NCBI GenBank assembly: GCA_963830865.1
Contig: CAWHNU010000005.1
Span: 214,715 to 278,714, forward strand
Direction: 5' to 3'
DNA: 64,000 nucleotides
Source: an uncultured Acidimicrobiales bacterium
GTDB lineage: Bacteria; Actinomycetota; Acidimicrobiia; Acidimicrobiales; VFJN01
Shown: in pieces, positions 45,337 through 58,741 of the stretch
Position numbering within the stretch: the stretch's first letter is position 1
Layout of the letters: the number at the start of each line of letters is the position of its first letter
Translations under genes and position numbers: made by a program
The notes under the pieces: model-generated
Seen by the model: the letters and a program-made list of their open reading frames with translations, nothing else
What the model was told of the DNA's origin: nothing
The model's database searches: none

Positions 45337-46569
45337 TCAGGCGAGTCCGAGCAGGGCGATGGCAATGATCAGCGTGAACGCGCCGACCAGGTCGACCGAC
45401 GAGCTGACGATAGGGATGCCGTAGGTGTCGGGGTCGACCCCGGTGCGATAGGCCGCGATGGTGCCGTAGTACGCGACGGCGACCACGAACAGGATCGCCA
45501 TCGCCCCGCCGAGGAGCGAGACGGCCATCATCTGCAGCACGCCCGGGCTCGCCACCCCGAGCAACCCGGCCACGAAGTCGGCGCCAAGGCCGTTGAACGC
45601 ATAGACGGGCACGGCCAGGAGGAACACGAGGGAGATGTCCCGGCGGGCCTCGCGGTTGGGGGTCCCGGTTGGGGGCACGAGACCGAGGAACAGCTTGGAG
45701 GCCAGCCGCCCCGAGAGGATCCCGCCCAGCGCCCCGGAGCTGGACAGGTGGGCCGGCACCAAGACCAACAGGGCGGGCAGCGCGTCGAAGCGGCTGAACG
45801 ACTTCTCCAGGATGACGCCGGCCCCGGCGCTCACGCAGCCCGCCACCAGGAGGACCGGGACCGACTCGTGCACGATGCGCCGCAGGCCCGCGGCCGAGGA
45901 CCGCCAGCCGGCAACCAGGAACACGACCGAGGCGACCACCAGCACGACCCCGAGCGCCGGCGTGAGGATGCCGTAGCCGAGCAGGAACGTGGCCAGGTAG
46001 AGCGCCGGGAGGGTCAGCACGTCGCCCAGGGTCGAGACCAACGGGGCGGTGACGTTGTCGAGATCCCAGCCGTAGCGGACCGCACCCCCGGTCAGCGCCA
46101 GCGAGGCGGCCAGCACCACGATCGACCCGAGCAGCCCGCCCACGATCGAGACGGTCGCCAGCGAGAGCAGGTCGATCGAGTTCGGGAGCCCCAGGCCGAC
46201 GGCAATGCCCTTGGCGATGAGGGCCAGCGCGAGCGAGATGCCCATCGTCAGCAGCATCGACGCCAGCACGTTCTCGCCGAGCGGCGCCTCCCGCCGGAGC
46301 GACCAACGGAAGGTACCGGCGTGGATCGAGGTCGAGATCCGGTTGCCGAACGAGCCGAAGATGTTCCCCCGCAGGCCGATGGCCGCCGGCACGAGGACGA
46401 GCAGGCCGGGGTAGCGCGCCAGGGTCCCGGTGATGGCGCCGAGGAAGGCGCCGGCGACGAAGCTGGTCGACGAGTTCAGCCCGAGCGCGACAAGACCCTG
46501 CCGGGCGCCGGCGGCGTCCGGCCCGAGCAGGGCGCGCAGGCGCGCGAGGAGGGAACGCGAGGGTCGCAT
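45337..46569 (-). CDS. MgtE/SLC41-like divalent-cation transporter (two MgtE membrane domains, no N-terminal CBS/MgtE_N)
   Basis: ATG at 46569 inside track ORF 45337..47226, giving 410 aa. About 10 TM segments, with a repeated P(A)xxxxxGxxGxI(F/L)xxR(L/I)S(T/A) and DPD(T)YG(I)P motif pattern. Confidence 0.75.
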   Translation of the reverse strand: MRPSRSLLARLRALLGPDAAGARQGLVALGLNSSTSFVAGAFLGAITGTLARYPGLLVLVPAAIGLRGNIFGSFGNRISTSIHAGTFRWSLRREAPLGENVLASMLLTMGISLALALIAKGIAVGLGLPNSIDLLSLATVSIVGGLLGSIVVLAASLALTGGAVRYGWDLDNVTAPLVSTLGDVLTLPALYLATFLLGYGILTPALGVVLVVASVVFLVAGWRSSAAGLRRIVHESVPVLLVAGCVSAGAGVILEKSFSRFDALPALLVLVPAHLSSSGALGGILSGRLASKLFLGLVPPTGTPNREARRDISLVFLLAVPVYAFNGLGADFVAGLLGVASPGVLQMMAVSLLGGAMAILFVVAVAYYGTIAAYRTGVDPDTYGIPIVSSSVDLVGAFTLIIAIALLGLA

Positions 46570-46708
46570 GAGGGATCGGGTTGATGAGGCTCGTCGTCGG
46601 GTCGCCGCATGTGCGACGACAGTCTGCAACACGCGCCCCGCGCCGACAGCACCCGCGGCCCGGTGCCGCCCGCGTCCGCCGTCCGGCGTAGCTGCCAGAC
46701 TGGGCGCC

Positions 46709-47365
46709 ATGTTGGGTGACGCATGGGGGCATCGCTCGATCCGCCGGGTGGCCGCGACGGCGGCCGCACTCGCCGTGGTGGCCGGCCTGGCCGCGTGCGG
46801 CGACGACGGCCGTGACCTCGCGGAGCCCCGCCCCGACCAGACGACGACCACCACCGGCCCGGGCGCGTCGAGCTCCGAGGGCGTGGGGATCGGCACAGGC
46901 CAGGGCGACGGCGAGGGCGACATCCTCACGCTGTCGAGCCCGGCGTTCGCCGACGGCGCCGAGATCCCGGTCGACCACACGTGCCGGGGCGCCAACCGCT
47001 CGCCTGCGCTGCAGTGGACCGGCGTCCCCAGCGGAACGGCCGAGATCGCGGTCGTGGTGCGGGACATCGATTTCGCCAACGGCTTCGTCCACTGGGTGAT
47101 CGCCGGCATCCCGCCCAGCCAGGGCGGCATCGCAGACGACACGCCGCCGGCGGGAGCGGTCGAGGCGACCAACGCCCTGGGCCAACCCGGGTATGCGGGC
47201 CCGTGCCCGCCGTCGGGCACCCACACCTACGAGTTCCGCGTCTACGCCCTGGCCCAGCCCTCGGGCGTGACGGCCGGCGAGGCCGGCAACGAGGCGGCCG
47301 GCAAGGTCGAGGCGACCCCGGCGCTGATGTCCGCGCTGCTCAGCGGGACGTCGAGCGCACCGTAG
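46709..47365 (+). CDS. YbhB/YbcL (PEBP) family lipoprotein
   Basis: ATG at 46709 inside track ORF 46430..47365. Lipobox LAAC. Carries DHTCRGANRSPALQW, VHWVIAGIP and PPSGTHTYEFRVYAL. Confidence 0.85.
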   Translation: MLGDAWGHRSIRRVAATAAALAVVAGLAACGDDGRDLAEPRPDQTTTTTGPGASSSEGVGIGTGQGDGEGDILTLSSPAFADGAEIPVDHTCRGANRSPALQWTGVPSGTAEIAVVVRDIDFANGFVHWVIAGIPPSQGGIADDTPPAGAVEATNALGQPGYAGPCPPSGTHTYEFRVYALAQPSGVTAGEAGNEAAGKVEATPALMSALLSGTSSAP

Positions 47366-47366
47366 G

Positions 47367-47633
47367 TCACTCGACCCGGAACCCCCGGGCTCCGATCGGG
47401 TCCAGGTCCTCGACGGCGAGCGTGACGACCCGCGCCTGCGGCGGACCCTCCCGCGCCCACGACAGCAGCTCGTCGACCGCGGGCCGGTCGCCCTCGGCGT
47501 CGATCTCGACCCGCCCGTCCGGCCGGTTGCGCACGACCCCGGCCACCCCGAGCCGCTGGGCCTGGCGCCGGCAGGTCTCCCGGTACCAGACGCCCTGGAC
47601 CCGTCCCGACACCAGGGCGCGCACCCGCACCAC
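47367..47633 (-). CDS. acyP: acylphosphatase
   Basis: GTG at 47633 in the tail of track ORF 47367..48026, giving 88 aa. Sequence is VVRVRALVSGRVQGVWYRETCRRQAQRLGVAGVVRNRPDGRVEIDAEG. Confidence 0.8.
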   Translation of the reverse strand: MVRVRALVSGRVQGVWYRETCRRQAQRLGVAGVVRNRPDGRVEIDAEGDRPAVDELLSWAREGPPQARVVTLAVEDLDPIGARGFRVE

Positions 47634-47680
47634 CCCGCCCGCGCCGGGCGCGCCAGTGAAGCCGGGCACGCCCGGCCCGG

Positions 47681-48484
47681 TCACCGCCCCCAGAGCCGAC
47701 GACCGCCGCGCACCCCGTTGCCCCGGGTCGTGACGCCGTCGTCGTCGTCGACGACGTCGCCGTCCTGCGGCTCCGAAGGCACGGCGTCCTGCGGCTCGCG
47801 CTCGGCGTCGGGCTCCTCCCTCGAGGACGCCTCGATGGCACCGCGGCGCCGCGCGCCCCGCTGCGGGCGTGGCGGCAGTTGCTCCCGGCGGACCAGGTAG
47901 TAGGCGGCGAACAGGGCGATGAGCGCCGGCATGAAGTAGAGCCCGAGGCCCAGCAGCACGATGCCGGCCATGACGATCAAGGCGAACGTGAGCAGCCGCG
48001 ACCGGTCCGGGCGCCGGTAGGCCCACACCGCGAAGCCCGTCACGACGATGGGCAGCGCCAGGACCAGCAGGATTCCGGGACCGTTCGCCTCCAGCAGCGT
48101 CTCGCTGGCGTCGGGCACCGGCGTCCCGGTGACGGTCTCCCGCGCCATCAGCGCGACAGCCCCGAACTGGCGGGGCAGCGTCTCGCCCCGGTCGTCAACC
48201 GGGACCTGCACGAGCAGCACCACGGCGGCGGCGCCGGCGATCGCGAGCGCCAGCGCCAGCCACACGGCGATCTGGCCGGCCTGCCCGGCGGGCCTGCCCC
48301 CGGTGGCGGCGGCGGAGCCGGCCGAGGCACCACCGCTCTTCGCCCCCGATCCCTTACCCGCTGGCGCCGACGAGGAACTGACGGGAGACGCCGTGGCGTT
48401 CTCGCGGCGGGCGGCGAGCGACCCGCGCTGGGCCCGGTTCCGGGCCTGGCGGCGTTGCTTGGAATCTCGGCGCTTGTCTGGCAC
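47681..48484 (-). CDS. hypothetical membrane protein with a highly basic N-terminus
   Basis: Track ORF of 267 aa with about 4 TM segments. I recognise no family. Confidence 0.5.
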   Translation of the reverse strand: MPDKRRDSKQRRQARNRAQRGSLAARRENATASPVSSSSAPAGKGSGAKSGGASAGSAAATGGRPAGQAGQIAVWLALALAIAGAAAVVLLVQVPVDDRGETLPRQFGAVALMARETVTGTPVPDASETLLEANGPGILLVLALPIVVTGFAVWAYRRPDRSRLLTFALIVMAGIVLLGLGLYFMPALIALFAAYYLVRREQLPPRPQRGARRRGAIEASSREEPDAEREPQDAVPSEPQDGDVVDDDDGVTTRGNGVRGGRRLWGR

Positions 48485-48508
48485 GCGTGCAACGGTAGGC
48501 CCGCCGCG

Positions 48509-48991
48509 TCATGCCGAGCGACCCGGGCCCGGACCGGGCTCGGCGCCGGGGCCGGAGCCCTGGTCCGGACCGGGCTCCTGGCTCGGCTCCAGGCGGCGGC
48601 CGACCAACCGGTCGAGCATGGCCGGCTCGCCCGGCCAGGCCTCGGCCAGCACGTCGCGCGGGACCCGCCGGGCCGCATAGCGCAGCGCCAACGCCACCAC
48701 CACGATGTCGTCGAGCGGGCCGATGACCGGGAGGAACTCCGGCACCAGGTCGATCGGCGACAGGCACCACAGCCCCGCCACCGCCACGGCCAGCTTCGCC
48801 CGGCGCGGGACGCGAGGGTCCCGCGCCAGCGTCCGCGCCGTCCGCACGGCCTGGGGCAGGACGGCCGCCAGGTCCCGCGCCAGCCCCGGCGGCAGGCGGG
48901 CCGCCAGGACCACGAGCACGGCCCAGCTCGCCACCGTGACGCCGAGCGCGACCAGCGCGTAGCGCAGCCACGTGCCCAGGTCCGCGTCCAT
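48509..48991 (-). CDS. YkvA/DUF1232-family membrane protein
   Basis: Track ORF of 160 aa. Carries SPIDLVPEFLPVIGPLDDIVVVALALRY. Confidence 0.7.
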   Translation of the reverse strand: MDADLGTWLRYALVALGVTVASWAVLVVLAARLPPGLARDLAAVLPQAVRTARTLARDPRVPRRAKLAVAVAGLWCLSPIDLVPEFLPVIGPLDDIVVVALALRYAARRVPRDVLAEAWPGEPAMLDRLVGRRLEPSQEPGPDQGSGPGAEPGPGPGRSA

Positions 48992-49028
48992 CTCCCCAGC
49001 TTGCCGGAAGAGGGCCGGCCCGGGCGGA

Positions 49029-52549
<3,521 letters not shown>

Positions 52550-52564
52550 CGCCGTGCACTATAC

Positions 52565-52580
52565 ACGAACATATGTACGG
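52565..52580. promoter_or_regulatory. degenerate LexA (SOS) box ACGAAC-ATAT-GTACGG next to a TATAGT -10 (52558-52563, minus strand) upstream of dnaE2
   Basis: Read directly. It matches the actinobacterial consensus TCGAAC-N4-GTTCGA at 9 of 12 positions and lies 16-31 nt upstream of the ATG at 52549. Confidence 0.45.
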
Positions 52581-52603
52581 TGCTGACCGAGACACACTGA
52601 CGG

Positions 52604-54265
52604 GTGGTGACCGACCCGCAGACCATACGAGACCGGTACGACATCGTCGTCGTCGGCGGGGGCCACAACGCCCTCGTGGCCGCCGCCTACCTCGGGCGGG
52701 CCGGGCTCTCGGTCTGCGTGCTGGAGCGGGCCGACCACGTGGGCGGCGCGGCGGTCAGCGATCGGGTGTTCCCCGGGGTGGACGCGCGCCTGTCCCGCTA
52801 CGCCTACCTGGTGAGCCTGCTGCCCGATCGCATCGCCGCCGACCTCGGGCTCCGAGTCGGGCTGGCGTCCCGGGCGGTGGCCTCGTTCACGCCCGTACGC
52901 CGGGGTGGGCGCCACGCCGCGCTGCTGGTCGAGCGGGCGCCGGGACCGGCGACGGCCGAGTCGTTCCGCTCGCTGACCGGCTCCGACGCGGAGTACGACG
53001 CCTGGCGGTCCTTCTACGCCGACGCCGGCCGGCTGGCCCGGGCCGTCGCCCCGACGCTGTTGGAGCCGCTGCCGAGCGCGGCCGAGATGCGGCGGCGCAT
53101 CGGCGGTGGCCGCTGGGACCGGCTCGTGGCCCGGCCGCTCGGCGAGACCATCGAGGGCACGTTCCGGGACGACACCGTCCGGGGCGTGGTGCTCACCGAC
53201 GCCCTCATCGGGACGTTTGCCTCCGCCCACGACCCCCGCCTGCGGCAGAACCGCTGCTTCCTCTACCACGTGATCGGCAACGGCACCGGCGAGTGGCGGG
53301 TGCCGGTCGGCGGCATGGGCGCGGTGACCGCCGAGCTCGAACGGGTGGCCCGTGACGCCGGCGCCCGCCTGGTCACCGCGGTCGAGGCGGTCGCCGTCCG
53401 GGCCGACGGCCGGGCCGCGGAGGTCGACTTTCGCCGGCGCGGCGACGACGTGCGCACGGTCGCCGGTCGGTACGTGCTCGCCGGGGTAGCGCCGGCGGTG
53501 CTCGACCGGCTGCGGGGCCGGACGCCGACCGGGCCCGGGCCCGAGGGCGCCCAGATGAAGATCAACATGGTGCTGGACCGGCTGCCGGGGCTGCGCAGCG
53601 GCCACGACCCGGCGGTCGCCTTCGCCGGCACGCTCCACGTGGACGAGGGCTACGCAGGGCTGGAGGCGGCCCATGCCGCGGCGACGTCGGGTGCCCTGCC
53701 CGACCCGCTGCCGGGGGAGGTGTACTGCCACACGCTGACCGACCCGTCGATCCTCTCCCCCGCGCTCGCTGCCCGGGGAGCCCAGACGCTGACCCTGTTC
53801 GGCCTGCATGCGCCGGCCCGATTGTTCGTCGGCGGCCGGGCCGACCGGGATGCGGCACGCGCCGAGGCGGTGCGGCGGCACCTCGCCGGCCTCGACGCGC
53901 ATCTGACCGAACCGATCGCCGACTGCCTCGCGCGGGACGGCGAGGGACGGCCGTGCATCGAGGCCGTGTGCCCGCCCGATCTGGAGGCGAGCCTGGGGCT
54001 GCCGGGCGGCCACATCTTCCACGCCGACCTGGCCTGGCCCTGGGCCGACGACCGCGACGACCCAGGCGACCCAGGCGACCTCGACGACTCAGGCGACCCC
54101 GGCGGCCGGGGCGGCCCCGACGCGCCCGACGCCCGGCCGGGGGCGTGGGGCGTGGAGACCGACGTCGCCAACCTGTTCGTATGCGGGGCCGGCGCCCGCC
54201 GGGGCGGGGGCGTGAGCGGGATCGGGGGGCACAACGCGGCGATGGCGGTGCTGCGGGCGGTGTGA
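52604..54265 (+). CDS. NAD(P)/FAD-dependent oxidoreductase, phytoene-desaturase (CrtI)-like family
   Basis: Track ORF of 553 aa. Carries DIVVVGGGHNALVAAAYLGRAGLSVCVLERADHVGGA. Confidence 0.8.
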   Translation: MVTDPQTIRDRYDIVVVGGGHNALVAAAYLGRAGLSVCVLERADHVGGAAVSDRVFPGVDARLSRYAYLVSLLPDRIAADLGLRVGLASRAVASFTPVRRGGRHAALLVERAPGPATAESFRSLTGSDAEYDAWRSFYADAGRLARAVAPTLLEPLPSAAEMRRRIGGGRWDRLVARPLGETIEGTFRDDTVRGVVLTDALIGTFASAHDPRLRQNRCFLYHVIGNGTGEWRVPVGGMGAVTAELERVARDAGARLVTAVEAVAVRADGRAAEVDFRRRGDDVRTVAGRYVLAGVAPAVLDRLRGRTPTGPGPEGAQMKINMVLDRLPGLRSGHDPAVAFAGTLHVDEGYAGLEAAHAAATSGALPDPLPGEVYCHTLTDPSILSPALAARGAQTLTLFGLHAPARLFVGGRADRDAARAEAVRRHLAGLDAHLTEPIADCLARDGEGRPCIEAVCPPDLEASLGLPGGHIFHADLAWPWADDRDDPGDPGDLDDSGDPGGRGGPDAPDARPGAWGVETDVANLFVCGAGARRGGGVSGIGGHNAAMAVLRAV

Positions 54266-54302
54266 TAGTCCACAGCCCACAGGGAACGATCGGAGCCTTG
54301 CC

Positions 54303-54506
54303 ATGCTGCCTCGGGTGATCGTCGGCGTCGTGTTGTGCCTGGTGGGGGCGCTGTGGTTCCTCCAGGGCATCGGGGTGGCCAAGGGCTCGCCGATGACCGG
54401 CCACCCGATCTACTCGCTGCTCGGCACCATCGTGATCGTGGGCGGGGCGCTGCTCATCGCCGCCGGCCTCCGCCGGCGCGGCGACCCCGGCGACGGGACC
54501 GTCTGA
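54303..54506 (+). CDS. small two-TM membrane protein (67 aa)
   Basis: Track ORF with two hydrophobic helices. Its stop overlaps the next ATG (TGATG). Confidence 0.45.
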   Translation: MLPRVIVGVVLCLVGALWFLQGIGVAKGSPMTGHPIYSLLGTIVIVGGALLIAAGLRRRGDPGDGTV

Positions 54507-56149
54507 TGGCGCCCGCCGTCGACGCCGGACCGGTCGACGTCCCGATCCTCGACGAGACGATCGGCACCAACCTCGCCCGCACCGTGGCCGTCCACGGCGA
54601 CAACGAGGCGATCGTGTCGGTGCACCAGCAGATCCGCTGGACCTACCGCGAGTTCGCCGAGCGGGTGGCGACTCTCGCCCGGGGGCTGTTGGGCCTCGGG
54701 TTGGAGGCGGGCGACCGCGTCGGGCTGTGGAGCCCCAACTACGCCGAATGGACGCTGCTCCAGTACGCCACCGCCGAGATCGGCGTCATCCTCGTCAACA
54801 TCAACCCGGCGTACCGGCCCTACGAGCTGGCCTACGTCCTCGACCAGTCGGGGTGCCGGCTGCTGGTCGCCGCGCCGCGGTTCAAGACCAGCGACTACGT
54901 GGCGATGGTCGACGAGGTGCGGGACGAGCGCCCGGCGCTCGAGCGGGCTGTGTTCCTGTGGTCCCCCGAGTGGGAGTCCCTGGTCGACAACGCCGACGGC
55001 GTCCCCGCCGCCGCCCTCGACGAGCGCCGGGCCGCCCTGCGGGCCGACGACCCGATCAACATCCAGTACACGTCGGGCACCACCGGGTTCCCCAAGGGGG
55101 CGACGCTCACCCACCGGAACATCCTCAACAACGGCTACTTCGTGACCGAGCTGCAGCGGTTCACGCCGGACGACCGGCTGTGCATCCCCGTGCCCTTCTA
55201 CCACTGCTTCGGCATGGTCATGGGCAACCTCGGGTGCACCACGCACGGCTCGACCATGGTCATCCCCGCCGACTCGTTCGAGCCGGGCGCGGTGCTCGGG
55301 GCCGTGCAGGCCGAGCGGTGCACCGCGCTCTACGGCGTGCCCACGATGTTCGTCGGCGAGCTCGGTCACCACGACTTCGACTCGTTCGACCTCACGTCCC
55401 TGCGGACCGGGGTCATGGCCGGGTCCCCGTGCCCGGTCGAGGTCATGAAGGCGTGCATCGACCGCATGCACATGAGCGAGGTGACCATCTGCTATGGCAT
55501 GACCGAGACGTCGCCCGTGTCGACGCAGACGCTGCCGGACGACTCGCTCCACCACCGCACGGCCACCGTCGGCCGGGCGCACCCGCACGTCGAGGTGCGG
55601 GTGGCCTCACTCGACGATCCGGCCGCCACGGTCGAGCAGGGCGAGACCGGCGAGTTCTGCACCCGGGGCTACTCGGTCATGGTCGGGTACTGGAACGACG
55701 AGGAGCGCACCCGCGAGGCGATCGACGCCGAGGGGTGGATGCACACCGGCGACCTCGCGGTGATGGACGGCGACGGCTACCTGAACATCGTGGGCCGGGC
55801 CAAGGACATGGTGATCCGGGGCGGCGAGAACGTGTACCCCCGGGAGATCGAGGAGTACCTCTACACCCATCCCGACGTGGTCGACGTCCAGGTCGTGGGC
55901 GTCCCGGACGCCACCTACGGCGAGCAGCTCCTCGCCGCCGTGCGCCTCCGGCCAGGGGCCCAGGCGACAGAGGACGACATCCGCGAGTTCTGCCGCGGCC
56001 GGATCGCCCACTACAAGGTGCCCCACTACGTGCGGTTCGTGGACGAGTTCCCGATGACGGTGACCGGCAAGGTCCAGAAGTACAAGCTGCGGGAGCAGGC
56101 GATCGAGGAGCTGGGCCTGCAGGCCGCCGCGGAGATCGAGACGGCGTAG
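54506..56149 (+). CDS. AMP-binding acyl-CoA synthetase (ACSF2 / medium-chain type)
   Basis: ATG at 54506 inside track ORF 54335..56149. Carries [25 protein letters not shown] and [10 protein letters not shown]. Confidence 0.9.
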   Translation: MAPAVDAGPVDVPILDETIGTNLARTVAVHGDNEAIVSVHQQIRWTYREFAERVATLARGLLGLGLEAGDRVGLWSPNYAEWTLLQYATAEIGVILVNINPAYRPYELAYVLDQSGCRLLVAAPRFKTSDYVAMVDEVRDERPALERAVFLWSPEWESLVDNADGVPAAALDERRAALRADDPINIQYTSGTTGFPKGATLTHRNILNNGYFVTELQRFTPDDRLCIPVPFYHCFGMVMGNLGCTTHGSTMVIPADSFEPGAVLGAVQAERCTALYGVPTMFVGELGHHDFDSFDLTSLRTGVMAGSPCPVEVMKACIDRMHMSEVTICYGMTETSPVSTQTLPDDSLHHRTATVGRAHPHVEVRVASLDDPAATVEQGETGEFCTRGYSVMVGYWNDEERTREAIDAEGWMHTGDLAVMDGDGYLNIVGRAKDMVIRGGENVYPREIEEYLYTHPDVVDVQVVGVPDATYGEQLLAAVRLRPGAQATEDDIREFCRGRIAHYKVPHYVRFVDEFPMTVTGKVQKYKLREQAIEELGLQAAAEIETA

Positions 56150-56173
56150 CGGGCCGCTGGTCCGGAGCGGGCC

Positions 56174-57848
56174 TCAATCGTAGGTCGCCTCGACCGCCCA
56201 GCGCCCCGCCTCCACGACCAGCAGGAACGCCCGGCCGTCGGCGGTCGTCAGCTGGAGCCGGGCCCGGCGGCGGTGGCCCGCCGGATCCCACCACCGCTCG
56301 TCGCACGGCCACGGACCGGCCCAGTCCGCCACCGCCGCGGGCATCCCCGGCCCGGCGCCCAGCGCGACCGTCGCCGGCGGGGCGCTGATCTCGCCCCGGC
56401 CGGTCACCCCCACCGGCCGGCCGCCGGCGTCGGCGACCACGGCCGGCAGGGGCGGGGCGTGCACGACGGCCGGGGCGGGCTCGGGCACCGTCCCCGGCCA
56501 GGGCTCGCCGACCCAGCCCTTCCGGGCTGCCGGGCGGGTCTCGGTCACGTCGTCGGCCGCCACCGGGACCAGCGCCACCCGCTCGCCGGGGCCCCGGCCG
56601 CCCCGCCACTCCGGCACCCGGACCGCCTCCACCCCCAGCAGCCCCTGGACCCGGGCCAGCGCCCGGGCCGCCCGGTCCCCCGCCTCGATGGGATCGACCG
56701 CCCCCGCTCCCCCGGCGCTGAAGGCGAGCTGCCGGCCCCCGGCGGGGACCACCTCCTCGGGCGCCAGCCACAGCCGGGTCAGGCCGGCGGAGGGCCGGTC
56801 GGGCGCCTGGAGCCACCCGTCGAGCTGCCAGCGGACCCGATCGGCGATCGCCCGGGCGGTGAAGATGCCCTCGGTGCGCCACACCCGCTCGTGGGTCTCG
56901 CCGTGCTCGGTCTCGACGCCGACGACCAGCCGGGTGCATGCACTGCCCACCGCCCGCAGCCGCATGTTGAGGTCGTCGGCCAGGCCCCGGGCCAGGAAGG
57001 CCACGGCGTCCATCGCCGCCGCCGGCGGGTCGATCTCGATGGACTGCGTCCAGTCGGTGGGGGGCGGGGCGGTGACCGGCGGCAGCGGATCCAGCCCCTG
57101 CGCCAGCCGCTGGGCGACCAGCCCCTCGGCCCCGAACCGCCCCACGATCCCGGCCACGGGCAGCCCGGCCAGGGCGCCGAGCGTGCGGATCCCCAGCCGT
57201 TCGAGCACGTCGACCAGCTCCGGCGGCGCCGGACCGCCCGCCTCGGCCAGCACGGTCACCGGCACGGGGGCCAGGAACGCCGCGCTCGGCGCCCGGGGCC
57301 ACGATCCGCACCCGCGGGTCGCCCGGGGGCGTGGCGGTGGGGCCCAGGTCGGGGCGGCGGCGGGCGGCGAGCGCGGCGGCGAAGGGACCGTCCGCCACCC
57401 CGACCAGCACGGGACCACGCCGGCCGACCACCTCGCCCGCCAGGGCGGCCGCCCGGATGGCCAGGGCCTCGTCGCCCCCGTGGTAGCGGGACGGCCCCCG
57501 GGTCGGGAAGGCGCAGGCCCCCGGGTAGGTGATCTCGATGCGGGGGGTGAGCCCCTCCATGGCGCCGACGACAGGCTCGAACGCCCGGGCCTCGCCCGCC
57601 GGGTCGTGGGGCAGGATCACCAGCTCGGGGCAGCGGGCCTGGGCGTCGCGCCGGCGTTGATGGCGCTCGACCCCTTCCGTCCGGGCGGCGGGCGAGCAGG
57701 CCACCACCCGGTTGCCCCGCAGCACCGCCGCGGGCACGTCCAGCGGCACGCCGGCGGCCACCAGGGGCCAGTCGGCGCACCACACCACCAGCGTGCGGGT
57801 CGCCCCCGTCCCGGTCGCCCCCGTACCCGGCACCCCCGAACGGGTCAT
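56174..57848 (-). pseudogene. imuB: ImuB (catalytically dead Y-family polymerase-like mutasome subunit); one +1 frame break as assembled
   Basis: The N-terminal part (MTRSG...TLVVWCADWPLVAAG...GVADGPFAAALAA...PRVRIVAPGA) is in the frame of track ORF 55677..58496. The rest (SAAFLAPVPVTVLAE...LERLGIRTLGALAGLP...) is track ORF 56174..57418. The junction is at about 57286-57290. Length is 3n+1. Its ATG overlaps the imuA' TGA (ATGA at 57845-57848). Confidence 0.85.
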
Positions 57849-58636
57849 GCTGCACCGCCCGGGGCCCGGGGGCGCAGCGGGATCGGGGTGGCGACCGGCT
57901 CGGCCGGGACCACCCGCCCGTCGTGGCTCGGCAGCCACAGCTCGGCGCGACGGGGACGGACCGACTCTCCCCGGCCGCCGGCCTCGACCGTCACCCGCCG
58001 GCCCTGGAGGTGGCCCCACCCGCACCCGAGCCCCTCCCAGGCGGCGGCGGTCACCGTCAGCCGCAGGGGGCTGCGCTCGCCGGGCAGGTCGCCGCCCATC
58101 GTGATCAGCACCGACCCCCGCTCCCGGACCCGGGACACCAGCCGCCGGGCATTGGCCGCCCCCAGCCGGCCCGCCCTCGCGTCCAGCAGCACGACGTCGA
58201 ACCCGTCCACCAGCGCGGCCACCACCGACGCCCACCCCGACCGGTCCCGGCCGGGATCGGCGACCAGCACCAACCGGTCCAGGGCGAGGCCCGCATCGGC
58301 CGCGGCCACCAGCCCCAGCGACCCCAGGCCCACGACCGCCACCCACGACCCCGCCTGCGCCGGCCCGGCCGCCAGGGCGAGCGCCAGCGACGTCGCCCCC
58401 GTCACCCCGGGCGCAGCCCCGACCGCCACCGTCATGCCCCGCCGCAGGCCCGCCCCCGGCACCAGGGCCGCGAACGCCGGCAGGACCGGCAGCCACCGGT
58501 CGCGGGCCAGGTCGGTGGGCCGCACCCGCTCGGCCAGGACCGCGAGCGCGCCCGCGCCGGCGCCGGCCCGACCCCCGGCCGCACCGGGATCACCTGCGAG
58601 CACCTGCGCACGCGCCACGGTGCTATGATCGAACAT
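57845..58636 (-). CDS. imuA': ImuA' (RecA/SulA-like mutasome accessory protein)
   Basis: Track ORF of 263 aa. Carries GVTGATSLALALAAGPAQAGSWVAVVGLGSLGLVAAADAGLALDRLVLV. Its position immediately upstream of imuB with coupled stop/start supports the call. The true start may be the GTG at 58618. Confidence 0.75.
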   Translation of the reverse strand: MFDHSTVARAQVLAGDPGAAGGRAGAGAGALAVLAERVRPTDLARDRWLPVLPAFAALVPGAGLRRGMTVAVGAAPGVTGATSLALALAAGPAQAGSWVAVVGLGSLGLVAAADAGLALDRLVLVADPGRDRSGWASVVAALVDGFDVVLLDARAGRLGAANARRLVSRVRERGSVLITMGGDLPGERSPLRLTVTAAAWEGLGCGWGHLQGRRVTVEAGGRGESVRPRRAELWLPSHDGRVVPAEPVATPIPLRPRAPGGAA

Positions 58637-58644
58637 GTGTTCGT
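58629..58644. promoter_or_regulatory. LexA (SOS) box TCGAAC-ATGT-GTTCGT at the imuA' start
   Basis: Read directly. It matches TCGAAC-N4-GTTCGA at 11 of 12 positions and overlaps the first ATG (58634-58636) of the imuA' ORF. Confidence 0.7.
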
Positions 58645-58741
58645 CGACGGCAAGTCCCGTATCACCACCAGCACGAGGCGTCTTCTCCGCCTCCTGCTTG
58701 CCGGCCTGGGCAGCCGCGGCCCGGTCCGGCGGCTGGGCCGG

